NCBI GenBank assembly: GCA_032128115.1
Contig: JAQBHB010000098.1
Span: forward strand, 1-64,000
Source of the DNA: Deltaproteobacteria bacterium
GTDB taxonomy: Bacteria > Myxococcota_A > UBA9160 > SMWR01
Length of the DNA stretch: 64,000 nucleotides
Reading direction: 5' to 3'
Position numbers and translations under genes: made by a program. Shown one piece after another: positions 27,293 to 38,000 of this stretch. The notes beneath the pieces are model-generated. The model had not been told where the DNA came from and searched no databases. It saw only the letters and a list, made by a program, of their open reading frames with translations. The number at the start of each line of letters is the position of its first letter. The stretch's first letter is position 1.

Positions 27293-28588
27293 ATGGCGCA
27301 GGCGGGTCGATCCAGGGTCGCAGTGGTGCGGACGACGCCGCGGACGGTTCTCGAGGACACCCACCGCCTCATGAACCTGGCCGACTACCGGTCGGTGATC
27401 GCCCCCGAGCTCGACACCGCTCTCAAGGTGAACATCTCCTGGCACTTCTTCTACCCGGCCAGCAACACCACTCCGTGGCAGCTGGACGGGGTGATCCGGG
27501 CCATGGAACGCGACGGCTATTCCAAGGACCGGATCCACGCCTGCCACAACCGCACGGTGGTGATCGACGCCCACCTTGGCGAGCGCGAGAACAAGCAGCT
27601 GGACGTGGTGGAAGCCCACGGCCTGCGCAACATCCACCTCTACGAGGGGGGGGAGGAGTGGGTGCACGTCCGCGACGCGGTGGGCGATCTGGCGGACGAC
27701 TTCCTGTGCCTGAACGACGTCTATCCGGACGGATTCTCGATTCCCAAACGCTTCATCGGCGAGAACATCATCCACCTCCCCACCGTCAAGACCCATGTCT
27801 TCACCACCACCACCGGCGCCATGAAGAATGCCTTCGGTGGCCTTTTGAACGAGCGCCGCCACTGGACGCACCCGGTGATCCACGAGACGCTGGTGGACCT
27901 GCTGGCGATCCAACAGAAGATCCACCCGGGGATCTTCGCGGTGATGGATGGGAGCTTCGCCGGCGACGGCCCGGGGCCGCGCTGCATGGTTCCCCATGTG
28001 AAGAACGTGTCCCTGGCCAGCGCCGACCAGGTGGCCATCGACGCGGTCGCGGCCAAGATGATGGGCTTCGATCCGCTGTCGATCCGCTTCATCCGCCTTG
28101 CCCACGAGCGGGGGCTCGGCTGCGGCGACCCGTCGCAGATCGAAATCGTGGGCGACGTGGACGCCGCCGAGGAGAACTGGAACTTCGACGGCCCCTTCCG
28201 GGACATGACCTTCGCCTCGCGCATGCAGCACAAGATCTACTGGGGCCCCCTGCGCAAGCCCATGGAGTGGTCGCTCAAGACCGTGCTCGCGCCCTGGGCG
28301 TACATCGCCAGCGTGATCTACCACGACAGCCTCTGGTATCCGCTGAAGGCCAAGCACATGGTGCGAGAATCCATGGACAGCGATTGGGGCCGCTTGTTCG
28401 CCAACTGGGAGCAGGTCAGCCCCGATGAACGCGGCTTCCCCGACGTGGGCGACCAGGTCGCCGAACTCAAGCGCACCGGGCTGGGCGCCTTTGGCACCTC
28501 CCTCAAGATCCTGGCCACGTGCGTGAGGGAAGCCCCGGAGTTCACGGCCAGGCGCCGCACCCGCGCGCTGAGGGAAGGCTCTCTCTAG
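27293..28588 (+). CDS. DUF362 domain-containing protein
   Basis: LKVNISWH, HLPTVKTHVFTTTTGAMKNAFG, LASADQVAIDAVAAKMMGFDP. Confidence 0.85.
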   Translation: MAQAGRSRVAVVRTTPRTVLEDTHRLMNLADYRSVIAPELDTALKVNISWHFFYPASNTTPWQLDGVIRAMERDGYSKDRIHACHNRTVVIDAHLGERENKQLDVVEAHGLRNIHLYEGGEEWVHVRDAVGDLADDFLCLNDVYPDGFSIPKRFIGENIIHLPTVKTHVFTTTTGAMKNAFGGLLNERRHWTHPVIHETLVDLLAIQQKIHPGIFAVMDGSFAGDGPGPRCMVPHVKNVSLASADQVAIDAVAAKMMGFDPLSIRFIRLAHERGLGCGDPSQIEIVGDVDAAEENWNFDGPFRDMTFASRMQHKIYWGPLRKPMEWSLKTVLAPWAYIASVIYHDSLWYPLKAKHMVRESMDSDWGRLFANWEQVSPDERGFPDVGDQVAELKRTGLGAFGTSLKILATCVREAPEFTARRRTRALREGSL

Positions 28589-28604
28589 TTCGCTGAACCA
28601 GGAG

Positions 28605-29174
28605 TCAGCCCGCGAAAGCCTTCTCGAGCTCGGCGAGGACGGTGGCCTCCTCGGCGGAGACCTTGTTGCCCAGTCCCAGCATGCCACCGGCGGCCTCGGC
28701 AATGGCACGGGCGCGGCCCAGGGTCTCACGCTTGAAGGCGGCCCTCTCCGAAGCACCCAGATGGGCGCAGACTCCGACGATGTACTCGCCCCAGACCTCG
28801 ATCAGGCGCGAGTCCGGTCGCCGCTCGAGCCAACCCTGGAGCAGCTCGAAGCCTGGCGTTCCTGCGGCCACGCCGTCGGCCTCGGCCGACGAGAGGATCG
28901 CCCGGCGCTCCTTCTCTTCCATCCGCCCATCGGCCCAGGCCACCTCCACCAGGGGCAACAGCGAGACCGCTGCCCAGGTGTCGGGCCCGATTTCGAGCTT
29001 CACCAGCTTGTCCAGCAGCTCGGTGTCCTTGACTCCCGAGATGCGCCGCAAGCCGTCGCGGGCCGCCGACTTCTCCTTCTCCGCCCTCATGCGCTCGACG
29101 AGCTTGGCGTTCTCCTTGGCGAAGAAGGATTCTTCGAGAGCTTTTTTGCGGTCGGCGAGAAAGTCGTCGGACAT
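28605..29174 (-). CDS. Hypothetical protein: charged N-terminal helix plus TerB-like domain
   Basis: VEVAWADGRMEEKER and IAEAAGG...KVSAEEATVL are TerB-like; GGAG RBS. Confidence 0.75.
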   Translation of the reverse strand: MSDDFLADRKKALEESFFAKENAKLVERMRAEKEKSAARDGLRRISGVKDTELLDKLVKLEIGPDTWAAVSLLPLVEVAWADGRMEEKERRAILSSAEADGVAAGTPGFELLQGWLERRPDSRLIEVWGEYIVGVCAHLGASERAAFKRETLGRARAIAEAAGGMLGLGNKVSAEEATVLAELEKAFAG

Positions 29175-29210
29175 GGATCTCTCCGGAATTCGGGAATTCG
29201 GATCGTGGCG

Positions 29211-29681
29211 CTATTCGTGGATCTGCTCGGCCAGGTAGGCTTCCTTGCCGATCTCGCCGACGATGTGGAGCTGGGCTTCGAGCCAGTCGGCGGATTCTTC
29301 CTCACCGATGAGGATCTCCTCCAGCATCTCGCGCGAACCGTTGTCGCCCTTCTCGCGACACAGGGCGATGGCCTTGTTGAGGCGCTCGATGGCCCCGGTC
29401 TCCAGCGCCAGGTCGAGCTCGTGCTGCTCGACGGCATTCTCGCCCACCCGGATCGGATTCATGCGCTGCATGTTGGGAACGGCGTCGAAGTAGAGGATGC
29501 GGGCGATCACCTTGTCGGCGTCGCGCATTTCTTCGATCGACTCCTCGCGCTTCTTCTTCGACAGCCGCCCGTAGCCCCAGTTCTCGCACATCTTGTGGTG
29601 GATGAAGTACTGGTTGATCGCGGTGAGTTCCGCGGCGAGCACTTCGTTGAGCGCCTCGATTACCTTGGGATCGCCCTGCAT
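29211..29681 (-). CDS. bfr: Bacterioferritin (ferroxidase His ligands substituted)
   Basis: MQGDPKVIEALNEVLAAELTAINQYFIH...ESIEEM...ILIGEEESADWLE, colinear with E. coli Bfr; GGAGG RBS. Confidence 0.95.
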   Translation of the reverse strand: MQGDPKVIEALNEVLAAELTAINQYFIHHKMCENWGYGRLSKKKREESIEEMRDADKVIARILYFDAVPNMQRMNPIRVGENAVEQHELDLALETGAIERLNKAIALCREKGDNGSREMLEEILIGEEESADWLEAQLHIVGEIGKEAYLAEQIHE

Positions 29682-29769
29682 GTGGCCTCCTGCCCGGATG
29701 GGAGCGATGGGAGACTATCCGCCCCACCCGTGGTGGAGCTACCTTATCGAATTTGAAATTGGAATTCGT

Positions 29770-29982
29770 TCAAACGCTGGCGGGTTCGGAGAGAGAGGGC
29801 AGGCTGCGGGGCGCAGCATCGCGGTGTTCGCTCTCCAGGATCTCGGCAATGACCGGAGCGCAGCCGCCGCAGGTGACGCCGGCCTTGCAGGTGCGCGCGA
29901 CCTCGCGGTGGCTGCATGCGCCCGAACGCACCGCCTTGCGGATCGCTCGGTCGCTCACCCCGTGGCAATGACAGACGATCAT
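29770..29982 (-). CDS. bfd: Bacterioferritin-associated [2Fe-2S] ferredoxin
   Basis: MIVCHCHGVSDRAI...CKAGVTCGGC; directly upstream of bfr. Confidence 0.93.
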   Translation of the reverse strand: MIVCHCHGVSDRAIRKAVRSGACSHREVARTCKAGVTCGGCAPVIAEILESEHRDAAPRSLPSLSEPASV

Positions 29983-30020
29983 GGGCCCTCAGACTCGCGA
30001 CGGACTCCAGCATACCCGTA

Positions 30021-30037
30021 ATGAAAATGAAGTTCAA
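30021..30037. promoter_or_regulatory. Fur-like box upstream of bfd
   Basis: ATGAAAATGAAGTTCAA resembles TGAAAATNATTTTCA, in an AT-rich patch next to a minus-strand TATGCT -10; related copies near 30079 and 29753. Confidence 0.55.
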
Positions 30038-30187
30038 AGTCATTTCTGCAGAAATCGTCATCGATCTCGGGTTATGATATGAAAATCGAATAAATACAGA
30101 TATTTATGAAGAAAGTTGCGTATCGGGCGCGCGCCCGTGTGGTAAAGCCAGGGGCTCCCCGTGACGTAAGAGGGTGGGGAGTCCGGC

Positions 30188-30658
30188 ATGGCGCGAACAT
30201 CCACCCGAATCTGCCCCTTCGTGCTGCTGCTTTCGTTCGCGAGCCTGGCATCGGCCTGCGGCCCGGCCCTTCCCAGCTATCGGGAGGTCCGGTTTCCCTC
30301 CGGCCGGGTGATCAAGTTGCTCGGGGCGGGGCCGGTCGGGATCCGCGCGGGTGCGGCGCTGCAGCTCCGCTACCAGGCCGATGCTCCCTTCGACGATCCA
30401 GTGGCCCTGCGCGCCGAGGCGCTGGCGGTGTGGAGCGACTTCCGGCTGGAGGCGGAGGCGGTGGGCGCCGGGCGTGCGCTGCTCGATGCAGTGAGCGCCG
30501 AGGCGCCGGGTTGGGACCGGTCGCGATCGAGTCTGCAGTTCCTCGTGGAGCGGGGGGACGCGGGCGAGTGGGAGTTCGTGAGTGCCCGAGGTGGCGCCCG
30601 GCACACGGTCAGGGCCAGTGACCTCAACTCCCTGATGACGCCCCTGGAGACCCGGTGA
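30188..30658 (+). CDS. Hypothetical lipoprotein
   Basis: Signal peptide ending LASAC; coupled to the next gene through GTGA. Confidence 0.65.
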   Translation: MARTSTRICPFVLLLSFASLASACGPALPSYREVRFPSGRVIKLLGAGPVGIRAGAALQLRYQADAPFDDPVALRAEALAVWSDFRLEAEAVGAGRALLDAVSAEAPGWDRSRSSLQFLVERGDAGEWEFVSARGGARHTVRASDLNSLMTPLETR

Positions 30659-31746
30659 CGTCGGCCGCCGAGATCCTGATCCCCCTGGAGGCGCCGTCGC
30701 TGGCGGCGGCTGGCGAACGCGCGTCCGGCGGCTTCATTGCAACCCAGACCTATGATGTCTTCCTCTTCATCTTGCCCCCACTGCTGGCCCTGGCCGTGGC
30801 CGAGCTGCTGTCGATCTTCGATGCGCCCTTCGAGGTCACCGATTTCCTGGGCGCGAAGGCGCGGCGCATCTCGATCTTCATCAGCGTCTGGACCTACGCC
30901 CACCTGGTGGCGGTGCTGTTCCGCAGCCACGCCAACCCGGAGGTCTTCGCGCGCCATCGCACGCGCTTTACCTGGGTGCCGCTGTTGTTGCTGGTCGCCC
31001 TCCTGGGCTCGGATTGGGCGCTGGCATCGGCCATCGTCGTGGCCGCGCTCTGGGACGTCTATCACACCAGCATGCAGACCTTTGGTTTCTGTCGCATCTA
31101 CGACTCCCGGGCGGGCAACCCCCCGGAGTGTGGACGTCTCCTGGACGTGTGGCTCAACCACTGGATCTACATCGGACCCATCCTGGGAGGCCTCAGCCTG
31201 ATCCCCACCCTGCAGGTGGTGGCGAGCTACCAGACGGTGGGTTGGGAGGCACCGCTTCACTGGCTGGATGCTCTCGCCGGGATCCACCGGGAGATCCGCG
31301 TCTGCCTGATCGCGGGCGGCAGCCTGTTCCTTGCCTACTACGTCTTTGCCTACGCACGCCTGGCCCGTCGGGGCTATCGGGTCTCACGCCAGAAGGTCGC
31401 CTTGCTGCTCTCCACGGCGGCCACCTCGATCTACGCCTGGGGCTTCCTGCCGCCACTCGAAGCCTTCTTCGTCTCGAACCTGTTTCACGGCCTGCAGTAT
31501 TTCGCGATCGTCTGGTGGACCGAGAAGCGCAGAATCCGGCGCCTGTTCCGGCTGTCGAACCTGGACGGGGGCCAGTGGCTGGCCCTGCTCCTGTTCCTCT
31601 CGATCGTCGCCGTCTTCGGACTGGGTTACGAGCTCCAGAACCATCGCGACCTGCGTTGGGCCATGGCTGCGGGCCTCGTGGTCTCGCTGATGCACTTCTG
31701 GTACGACGGTTTCGTCTGGTCGGTTCGCCGCAAAGAAGTGATCTGA
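30655..31746 (+). CDS. Hypothetical polytopic membrane protein with spaced His motifs
   Basis: About 9-10 TMs; YAHLVAV, WDVYHTSMQTFG, NLFHGLQYF, MHFWYDGFVW. Confidence 0.8.
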   Translation: MTSAAEILIPLEAPSLAAAGERASGGFIATQTYDVFLFILPPLLALAVAELLSIFDAPFEVTDFLGAKARRISIFISVWTYAHLVAVLFRSHANPEVFARHRTRFTWVPLLLLVALLGSDWALASAIVVAALWDVYHTSMQTFGFCRIYDSRAGNPPECGRLLDVWLNHWIYIGPILGGLSLIPTLQVVASYQTVGWEAPLHWLDALAGIHREIRVCLIAGGSLFLAYYVFAYARLARRGYRVSRQKVALLLSTAATSIYAWGFLPPLEAFFVSNLFHGLQYFAIVWWTEKRRIRRLFRLSNLDGGQWLALLLFLSIVAVFGLGYELQNHRDLRWAMAAGLVVSLMHFWYDGFVWSVRRKEVI

Positions 31747-31812
31747 GCCCGCCCGACCGACGCCGGGCCGTGTGACCGAAATCGACACGGGCATGGCCTA
31801 CTCTTCGGCGCG

Positions 31813-34800
31813 ATGTCCGCCGATGCCCCCGATCCCGCCGTTCACCCCCTGAGGATCCTGGCGGGCGCGCGGGCGGCCGAGGCCCATCTCCTGGACGCGA
31901 TCGCGCCCTTCGTTGAACAGGTTCGGAGCGATCCGGCCCGGGCGCAGCTGCCGGTTCGGATCGCCGTGCCGTCGCGAAGCCTGCGCGAGCACGTGAGTGC
32001 GGCGCTGGTGGATCGCTTCGGTGCCGTGGCCGGGATCTGCGTGCGCACGCTGTACTCGATGGCGTTGGAGATCGCCCAACACACGGGTGCGCGGGGGCCC
32101 GCCCACGATCCCCTCTTCTCGATCTGGATTCGGCAGCTGGCTCGGGAGGAGGCGCCCCTGCGGGGCGGCTTCGAGCCGTTCGACGACGCGTACGGGTTGG
32201 TGGAAGCCGGCGTGGCCGACCTGCTGGACGCCGGCTTCGAGGCGCACCACGCGGAAGGCGTCGACGAGCTGTTGGCGGGGCAGTCGGCGCCGAAGGCCCA
32301 GGTCGAACGCGCCCGGGCCCTGGTGAGCGTGGCGGCTCGGGTCGATCGCGCCCTGCCCGGAGCTGCCTTCAACCACCGGGCCCGGCTCTTCCGGATCGCG
32401 CGCGAGAGCCTCGAGCGCGATCCGGGCGCGGTGTTGCCGGGGCGCGCGGTCTTCGTACACGGCTTCGCCGATGCCACCGGGGTCCAGGTCGATTTCATCG
32501 AGTCGCTGGTGCGTCTGGCCGGAGCCCGGGTGCTGATCGATCATCCACCGGACCCGGCTGCCGTCGACGGCAGTGCCGAAGAGGCGTTTCCCCGCCGCTT
32601 CGGCCAGCGGATGGCCGCCGCCGCGGGCGCCGTCCACACCGACACCGGATCCGTTTCCGCGGCGCCCGTCGTGGTGTTGCACGCCCCCGGTCCCCACGCC
32701 GAGGCGCGCGCGGTGGCGGAGCGGGTTCGAGGTGCACTCGACGCCGGTGTTCGCGCCGAGCGGATCGGCGTGGTGGCGCGGGCCCTGGCGCCGTATCGCG
32801 TGGCTCTGCGGCTCCACTTCGGGCGCCTGGGGATTCCGTTCTCTGCCGTGGGCGAGTGGGGCCCCGTGGGTGCCGGGGGCCGTCATCTGGCGGCGCTCGT
32901 GACACTGCTCACCCGGGGCGATCGCTCGCCCGCCGAGCGCTGGCTGGATATCCGGCGGTTCCCGGGGCGCGCCGATGCCGCGTCGATGGCGGTAGCTCGC
33001 GCCGACCTGGGGCTGCTCCTGCATGAGCTCGGCGCGGCCCGACTCGGCGACGTGGCCGCGCTCGACCCGCCCGGAGATGCCGCGGCCTTCGACCTGCCCG
33101 TCCGGGGCGGGCTGAGTGACGCGGGGGCGAGGCATCGGCAGGTTCGTCGCCCCGTTCTCGAGCGGGCGCTGGCCGACGCTCGCTCGCTCGTCGAGCGCCT
33201 CTCGGCCTGGCCCGATCGGGCGCCACTTCGGGATCACCGCGGGCGACTTCTGACGCTGGTGACCGACGACCTGGGATGGAGCGAAGACACGCCGGGGCAC
33301 CGCGCCCTTTTCGAGACGGTTCTCGTGCCGCGGGCGGAGATCCCCGACGATTTCGATCTGTCGCGCGGTGAGTTCTGCCACTGGGTTCAACGCGCCGTGG
33401 AGTCGGAGGGGCTGGTCTTGCTGGGGGGGCAGGGCGCGGGCGTGCAGGTGTTGAGTGTGATGGAGGCCCGGGCCCGCACCTTCGAGCGCCTGTTCGTCCT
33501 GGGCCTTGCGCGTGGTGCGTTTCCCCGCAGCTTCACGGAAGACCCACTGCTTCCCGATGGCACGCGCCTGCTGCTGCGTCAGCTGCTTCCCGATCTGCCG
33601 GTGAAGTCCGAGGCGCGGGACGAGGAGCGCTACCTGTTTGCCCAGCTGATCTCGGCGAGTCCCGACGTCACCCTGTCGTGTCCCGTGACCGACGACGAGG
33701 GCAAGGCGCGTCCCGCCTCTCCGTTGGTCGAGCGTCTCGGGACAGGGTCGCAGGCGATCGAGAAGATTCCCTCGCTCTTCGGGTTCGGCGCCCTGCAGGC
33801 GCAAGACAAGGGCGTTCCGCGCCCGGCGCACGAACACGCGCTACTCACCGGGCTCTACGGATCCCGTGACCGCTTCGCGCGCGTGTTGCCTGTGGCCCTC
33901 GAAGAAGCCCGGCGCGTGCTCGGCGGCGCCGCCGAGCTCGCCGCTGACGCCCTGGCGGTTGCCCGTGTCGCGGTCCTGGCCGAACTCGATCCGCCCCCGC
34001 ATCCGCGCCTGAAGCTGGGTCCCTATTTCGGGTTCGCCGGCGAAGCGATCGCCGGGTCTCGCGATCTGCCGTACGTGACGGGGCTCGAGGGAATCGCAGC
34101 CTGCCCCTGGCAGGCCTTCCTGCGCCGGGTCCTGCGCCTCGACCTGCTGCCCGACGCCCTTTACGCGCTTCCCAGCATCGAGCCGCGCGTGCTCGGAACC
34201 CTGGTGCATCGCGTACTGGAGCGGGTGGTCGAAACCGCGGGCTCTCCGCCGGGGCGCAACCTGGAAGACGCCCTGGCGGCTTCCGCAGCCACGGTGGCCT
34301 GGCCCGACGGCGAGACGCTCGACGCACTGCTGCACGAGGCGGCCCGTGAAACCCTGCGCGAAGAGGGCATCACGTTGCCCGGATTCTCCCGCGTGCTCGC
34401 GCTGCGCGCCGGCTCGCGGCTCGAGCTGGCCCGCGAGCACGACTGGTCAGGCGGTCCGCTCCAGGTGGTGGGTGCCGAAGTCCACGGGGCTGTCGAGGTG
34501 CACGACAGCCACGGACAGGCGCGTGCGATCCGCTTCCGCGCGGATCGGGTCGATCGGATCGAGGGCGATCTGCGTCTCACCGACTACAAGACCGGGCGCC
34601 CCGGAGAACGCCAGAAGACGCCGAGTGTCCGCAGCGAGAACTACTGCAAGCGGGTTGCGTCCGGCGAGATGCTTCAGGTCATGGCCTACGCACTGGCGGG
34701 GGCGAATCACGGCACGGCGCGCGGGCGCTATCTCTACCTGCACCCGAAGGATGCGGTAGAGCTGCGCGACGTGGAGATCCACGCCGACCAGCAGGAATTC

Positions 34801-35058
34801 CGCGACGCCTTTTCCGCAGCCCTTCACCGCATTCTCGAGATCTGGGATCGGGGCGCATTCTTCCCGCGACTGGTGGACGCCAAGGGTGTCGAGCCGATCC
34901 GCTGCAAACGCTGCGAAGTCAAGGTGGCGTGCCTGCGCGGCGACTCGGGCGCGCGCCGGCGACTCGAGAACTGGCAGGAGGCGGGTGTCGCCGGCGCGCC
35001 GGAAACGCCCGCGGAAGCGGCCATCCACGGCGCCTGGATGCTGGGGAGCAAGTCGTGA
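31813..35058 (+). CDS. addB: AddB-like protein (inactive helicase fold plus PD-(D/E)XK nuclease with Fe-S staple)
   Basis: ACPWQAF, GTLVHRVLE, RADRVD...DYKTG, LQVMAYA, CKRCEVKVAC; overlaps addA. Confidence 0.85.
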   Translation: MSADAPDPAVHPLRILAGARAAEAHLLDAIAPFVEQVRSDPARAQLPVRIAVPSRSLREHVSAALVDRFGAVAGICVRTLYSMALEIAQHTGARGPAHDPLFSIWIRQLAREEAPLRGGFEPFDDAYGLVEAGVADLLDAGFEAHHAEGVDELLAGQSAPKAQVERARALVSVAARVDRALPGAAFNHRARLFRIARESLERDPGAVLPGRAVFVHGFADATGVQVDFIESLVRLAGARVLIDHPPDPAAVDGSAEEAFPRRFGQRMAAAAGAVHTDTGSVSAAPVVVLHAPGPHAEARAVAERVRGALDAGVRAERIGVVARALAPYRVALRLHFGRLGIPFSAVGEWGPVGAGGRHLAALVTLLTRGDRSPAERWLDIRRFPGRADAASMAVARADLGLLLHELGAARLGDVAALDPPGDAAAFDLPVRGGLSDAGARHRQVRRPVLERALADARSLVERLSAWPDRAPLRDHRGRLLTLVTDDLGWSEDTPGHRALFETVLVPRAEIPDDFDLSRGEFCHWVQRAVESEGLVLLGGQGAGVQVLSVMEARARTFERLFVLGLARGAFPRSFTEDPLLPDGTRLLLRQLLPDLPVKSEARDEERYLFAQLISASPDVTLSCPVTDDEGKARPASPLVERLGTGSQAIEKIPSLFGFGALQAQDKGVPRPAHEHALLTGLYGSRDRFARVLPVALEEARRVLGGAAELAADALAVARVAVLAELDPPPHPRLKLGPYFGFAGEAIAGSRDLPYVTGLEGIAACPWQAFLRRVLRLDLLPDALYALPSIEPRVLGTLVHRVLERVVETAGSPPGRNLEDALAASAATVAWPDGETLDALLHEAARETLREEGITLPGFSRVLALRAGSRLELAREHDWSGGPLQVVGAEVHGAVEVHDSHGQARAIRFRADRVDRIEGDLRLTDYKTGRPGERQKTPSVRSENYCKRVASGEMLQVMAYALAGANHGTARGRYLYLHPKDAVELRDVEIHADQQEFRDAFSAALHRILEIWDRGAFFPRLVDAKGVEPIRCKRCEVKVACLRGDSGARRRLENWQEAGVAGAPETPAEAAIHGAWMLGSKS

Positions 35059-38000
35059 AAGAGGGATCGAGTCGGGACGAACCTCGCGATCTCGACACCC
35101 GGGCGCGCCACGAGGCCCAGCGTGTCTTCGACCGACCCTTCGTCCTGGAGGCCGGCGCGGGAACCGGAAAGACGGCGGTTCTGGTGTCTCGGGTGATGGC
35201 CTGGAGTCTCGCTGCCGGCTGGGAGCGCGCCGTGGTGGACCTGGCCGCTGTGCCGACGGATTCCGGGCACGAGCACCGGGTGGCGGCCCGGGTGCTCTCG
35301 GGAGTGGTGGCCATCACCTTCACCGAGGCCGCTGCCGCCGAGATGGCCCGGCGCGTCGAGCGCGCCCTGGCGCAGGTGGAGACCGGGGAGCTGCCGGTCG
35401 GCGTATTCGCCGACTGCCTTCCCGAAGCGCCAGTACGTGCTGCAAGGGCCCGCTGGCTGCGCGGTGCCCTGGACTACCTGGAGGTGCACACGATCCATGC
35501 GTGGTGCCGGCGTCTGCTGGCGGCCCAGCCTCTCGAGGCCGGGCTGCACCCGCATCTGGAGGTCGACGCAGACGGGCGTCGACAGGCCGAAGTGGTTCGC
35601 GAGGTGCTCGAGACGCGCCTTCGCGAGAAATACGGCCAGGCGGAATCCGACTTCCTGGCCCTGGCCGCGCGCGAGGTGGGTCCGAGAGAGATCGAGGCCG
35701 AGCTGTTGGCCCTCCTCGCCGAGGGACTCGAGAGCCACGTCCTTGCGGCCGACCCCCTCGGGATCGAGTCGGTCGCGCGCTTGGGGGAGCGCGTAGAGCA
35801 GCTGCTGCAACGCACGCTTGCGGCCGCGGGGCCGGAACTAGCGGCGCGCGGTCCGGGCAAGGCGGTCGACGTCCTGGCACGCACGCAAGAGACCCTCGCC
35901 CGGGTTCGCGCCGAGCCCATCCGCGACCGGGCGGGTCTCGAGTTGCACCTGGCCTGGCTGCGGGGCGCGTGGGACGAGAGCGAGCTCTTGCGCGTGAAAA
36001 CCTGGGGGCGCGGCGGCTTCGGCGTGGCCGAGGCCAGGCTTCTGGGTGATCGCGCGCAGGCCTTCACGGGGGCCGCGGGGGAGCTGGGCGCCCTGCTCGA
36101 TCACCTGCGTGCTCTCGACCCCGAGCTTCTCGATTGCGCGCGTCGCGCGCTGGCCGAACTCCTGGGTGAGGTCGAGGGCCAACTCCGCGCGCGCGGGGTG
36201 GTGAGCTTCTCGGCCCTGCTGACCGAAGCGGCCCGGCTGCTCAGCGAACACCCGTCGGCTGCGGAACGGGTGCGTTCGCGCGTGGACCAGTTGCTGATCG
36301 ACGAGTTCCAGGACACGGATCGCCGGCAGTGCGACATCGTGCGGGCGGTGGCACTCGGCGGGCCGAAGGACGAGCGCCCCGGACTGTTCCTGGTGGGCGA
36401 TCCCAAGCAATCGATCTACGGCTGGCGAAGCGCCGACCTGGCGGCCTACGACGCGTTCCTTTCCGACGTGAAGAGCGCCGGAGGCGTGCGGCACCAACTC
36501 TGCGTGAACTACCGCTCCGTGCCGGCGGTGCTTGACGAGGTCGAACGGATCATCGCGCCGAGCATGCATGAGAGCCCGGGGGTGCAGCCGCCGTTCCAAC
36601 GGCTGCTGCCAAGCACGCAGAACCAGGAGACGCAGGGCTTCTCGGGCGGGTGGATGGCGCCCATCGAGATCTGGGTGCCGGTCGCCTTCGACGGCGACGG
36701 CGCGCCGCGCAAGACGTCGGTGGCCGAGGCGGCCCGCATCGAGGCCACCGCCCTGGCTCGCGACCTGCGCAGCCTGCACGACGAGCACGGGGTCGCCTGG
36801 AGTCGGGTGGGCGTGCTCTTCCGCAGTCGCGGCGAATGGGATCTCTACCTGGGCGCCTTGCGCGAGGTGGGCGTTCCCTTCGCTGTGGAGGGCGATCGCA
36901 GCTACTACCAGCGGCGCGCCATCATCGATGTGAGCGCCCTGGTGCGCAGCGTACTCAACCCGAACGATCACCTGGCGCTGTTGGGGCTGATGCGGTCCGT
37001 GGCGGTGGGCGTGCCGGACGCAGCGCTCGTTCCCCTGTGGCGGCTGGAATTCCCGGCACTCATGACGAACCTGGAAGCCCTGACACCCGAGCGACGGGCG
37101 GATCTCGAGGCAGCGGTGCGCCAGGTGGCCCGCGACCTGCCGGACGTGGCCGGAGCGGAGCGGGTGAGGGGTTGGGAACAGAATCTGCTGTGGGCGATCG
37201 AGGTGCTTGCGGATTCGCGGCGCTCCTTCCGGGAGGATCCTCCGGACGTGTTCGTCGAGCGCCTTCGCACGACGCTGCTCTTCGAGGTGAGCGAGGCGGC
37301 CAGATTTCTGGGCGCGTGGCGGATCGCAAATCTGGACCGCTTCTTCCGGGATCTCACCACCGGACTCTGCGAAGGGGGCGACGGCCATTCGGTGTGGCGC
37401 CAGCTGGCGAACGCCGTTCTGGATGAGGAGGAAGCCGAAGAGGCCACACCGCGCGAGATCGTGGACGATGCGGTGCAGGTGCTGACGATCCACGGGGCCA
37501 AGGGGCTCGACTTCGAGCACGTCTACCTCATGCAGGCGCACAAGGGATCGGCCGTGCGCGGCGCCGGTCGAATCGCCCCGGCCGTGCTCGAAGGCGTGAA
37601 CGAGTACGCCCTGTTCGGGGCTGCGACCCCGGGCTTCGATCGGGCGCGTGCCGCGAGCGCGCGGGTCTCAGAGGCCGAGCTGGTGCGCACTCTCTACGTG
37701 GCGGCCACGCGGGCCCGGTCGCGCCTCGTGATCTCGGGCTTGTGGCCCGGCGGGGACCGCGGGATTCCCGCTTCCCACGCGGACCTGCTGCGACGGCGAA
37801 GCGACCCGCCCGCGGACGTGGCCACCCTGGTGGGGCGCCTGCCCGCTGTGGGCTCGACCCACGTGGATGCCGAATACGCGCGCTGGAGCTTTCCGGCCCG
37901 GTCTTCGGGTGCCGCTCCGGCGCCAGGCACGGCCGAATCCCAGGATCTGGGGCTGGCCTCGCCCGAGCGGGTCGCCGCCGATGCCCGAGCGCTACAGGCG

